IMG/VR virus record: IMGVR_UViG_3300020460_000049
Coordinates: 1 to 25,945 of that record
DNA: 25,945 bases
Reading direction: 5' to 3' (one strand)
Source: a virus
Lineage: Duplodnaviria; Caudoviricetes
The notes below the pieces were generated by a model. That model had not been told where the DNA came from, ran no database searches, and was given only the letters and a program-made list of their open reading frames with translations. Numbering within the stretch: the stretch's first letter is position 1; every line of letters starts with the position of its first letter. The translations under genes were made by a program, and so were the position numbers. Positions 24,719-25,945 of the stretch are shown piece after piece.

Positions 24719-25074
24719 TGTATGAGTATAAAGTGACCCTAGACAGGGTCGTTGACGGAGACACCATAGATGTAAACGTGGACTTGGGCTTTGAAATTTG
24801 GGTCGCAAAGCAAAGAGTCAGGCTATACGGTCTTGATACATGGGAGAGCAGGACAAGAAACTTGGAAATAAAGAAGAAGGGCCTAGCAGCAAAGGCATTT
24901 ACGAAACAGATGGTCGAGGAGGCCGAGGAGATTGTTCTGGTTAGCTTTGGTAAGGGTAAGTACGGACGGATCTTGGGAGAAATTCGGTGCGACGGAGTGA
25001 ACCTCAACGAAGCCCTTATAGAGAATGGTCACGCTGTCGTGTATGACGGCGGGACTAAGACGTTAAAGAGCTAA
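24718..25074 (+). CDS. Staphylococcal nuclease-like (thermonuclease) protein
   Basis: 'RVVDGDTID', 'RVRLYGLDTWES', 'GKYGRILG', 'LNEALIENGHA'. No signal peptide. Confidence 0.9.
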   Translation: MYEYKVTLDRVVDGDTIDVNVDLGFEIWVAKQRVRLYGLDTWESRTRNLEIKKKGLAAKAFTKQMVEEAEEIVLVSFGKGKYGRILGEIRCDGVNLNEALIENGHAVVYDGGTKTLKS

Positions 25075-25085
25075 GGGAATGTTGC

Positions 25086-25271
25086 TTGGTAGTGGATGTA
25101 CTACTGACACTCATAGCCCTTATGCTTATTGGGGGTTGGATCTGGGAGGATTTACATGGGAAGATTAAAGTTCAAGGGCGAATTAAACGGCCTCAGCTAC
25201 AGCGGACACCCTACGGGCGGAGTTATCTCAAGTTTCTATGGGATTGTGCGAAGCGAATTATCGGGCGGTAA
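25086..25271 (+). CDS. Putative single-TM basic micro-protein overlapping the M23 gene
   Basis: AAGGGA 7 nt before TTG; TM segment 'VLLTLIALMLIGGWIW'; fills an otherwise empty 81-nt gap. Confidence 0.45.
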   Translation: MVVDVLLTLIALMLIGGWIWEDLHGKIKVQGRIKRPQLQRTPYGRSYLKFLWDCAKRIIGR

Positions 25272-25788
25272 GCCACATACGGGACTAGATATTGCTGCTC
25301 CAGAGGGAACTAAAATCACAGCGCCGATGGGAGGTACGGTTAAAGATGTATTCACTATGGAAGAAACTCAAGGGTGGCGACAGAATGTGGCAAATATCTT
25401 TGGGAACTGCGTCATTCTTCGTCATGACGACAGCGACGGTAGTCTTCTTGGTTACACTTTGTACGCTCACATGGCTGGAACGCCAAGCGTCCAACGCTCT
25501 CAATCCGTCGACAGGGCGCAGGTCTTAGGCGAGGTTGGCTCTACAGGCCAAAGCACAGGACCGCATCTTCATTGGGGATGTACCGTAGCTGACAACCCAT
25601 ACTTCTCTCGGTCAAAGGGGTTGAATGATCCGCTGAATTTCCTTGATAATGGTGAGGAGACGGAGGAAGATACCACTGATGAGCAGCAGCTCAAAGCAAA
25701 TGACTTAATTGATGCTGGTCAGAGCATGTTGAACGACTTGATTGATTCGTTACAGGGCAGGGTGGATGATATGGAGGATGATAGATGA
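25156..25788 (+). CDS. M23 family peptidase (endolysin)
   Basis: HxxxD 'HTGLD', 'YAHM', 'GSTGQSTGPHLH'. SD GGGAGGA directly before ATG 25156, preferred over the 25129 start. Acidic C-terminal tail. Confidence 0.92.
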   Translation: MGRLKFKGELNGLSYSGHPTGGVISSFYGIVRSELSGGKPHTGLDIAAPEGTKITAPMGGTVKDVFTMEETQGWRQNVANIFGNCVILRHDDSDGSLLGYTLYAHMAGTPSVQRSQSVDRAQVLGEVGSTGQSTGPHLHWGCTVADNPYFSRSKGLNDPLNFLDNGEETEEDTTDEQQLKANDLIDAGQSMLNDLIDSLQGRVDDMEDDR

Positions 25789-25945
25789 ACATCTCAGAAG
25801 AATACAAAGACGTATTGGAACGGGCAGTAGCCACGGCTGTACAGGCGGCTATTGGTGTTACGGCAGGTATGTCGCTTGCGAATGTGGACATGGATGCTAT
25901 AGCTCTGGTGGCTACGGTAGCAATCTCAGCATTCGCAAGCGTCGT
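25785..25945 (+). CDS. r1t-type holin, truncated at the window edge
   Basis: Not in the ORF track. ATGA overlap with M23, GGAGG upstream. MNISEEYKDVLERAVATAVQAAIGVTAG...IALVATVAISAFASV matches the ERAxxTxxQ motif of r1t-family holins. Confidence 0.8.
   Translation, partial: MNISEEYKDVLERAVATAVQAAIGVTAGMSLANVDMDAIALVATVAISAFASV

Noticed and set aside
25079-25168. 29-aa ORF MLLGSGC... as a spanin-like lipoprotein
   Set aside because: No signal peptide before the Cys, an upstream in-frame stop at 25064, and no SD spacing.
1-25945. Stop-codon reassignment
   Set aside because: Genes tile densely under the standard code and TAA, TAG and TGA all serve as stops.

Overview
Fragment of a dsDNA tailed phage (podovirus-like; no tape measure or sheath gene seen). 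Almost all of the window is one tightly packed + strand morphogenesis and lysis region. In order: three very basic microproteins (two missed by the ORF track), small and large terminase, portal, two large putative ejection/internal virion proteins (919 aa with 11-residue repeats; 1681 aa), scaffold, major capsid protein, decoration protein, a fibre and its partner, an adaptor with an inserted carbohydrate-binding-like domain, tail nozzle, short fibre, a membrane-anchored protein, and a complex lysis cassette. The cassette holds an exported SLT/Rpf-like transglycosylase, a two-TM protein, an SNase-like nuclease, an overlapping TM micro-ORF, an M23 peptidase and an r1t-type holin cut by the right edge. 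At the left edge an unannotated Cys/His-containing ORF runs leftward from its own sigma70-like promoter, so 157-1064 is a ~900 bp divergent control region. This region is the most unusual part of the window. It contains a 60-nt T-free tract with GACCC repeats, a dense array of about 10 hairpins with alternative pairings and motifs like those of single-strand origins, and a 15/16 match to the chromosomal parS site directly against the extended -10 of the putative packaging-operon promoter. By manual scan the window lacks CCWGG entirely and has one CCGG, and Pro-Gly is almost absent from its proteins. The holin and lysin types hint at a monoderm host (inference). All calls come from reading motifs by eye; no database searches were run.
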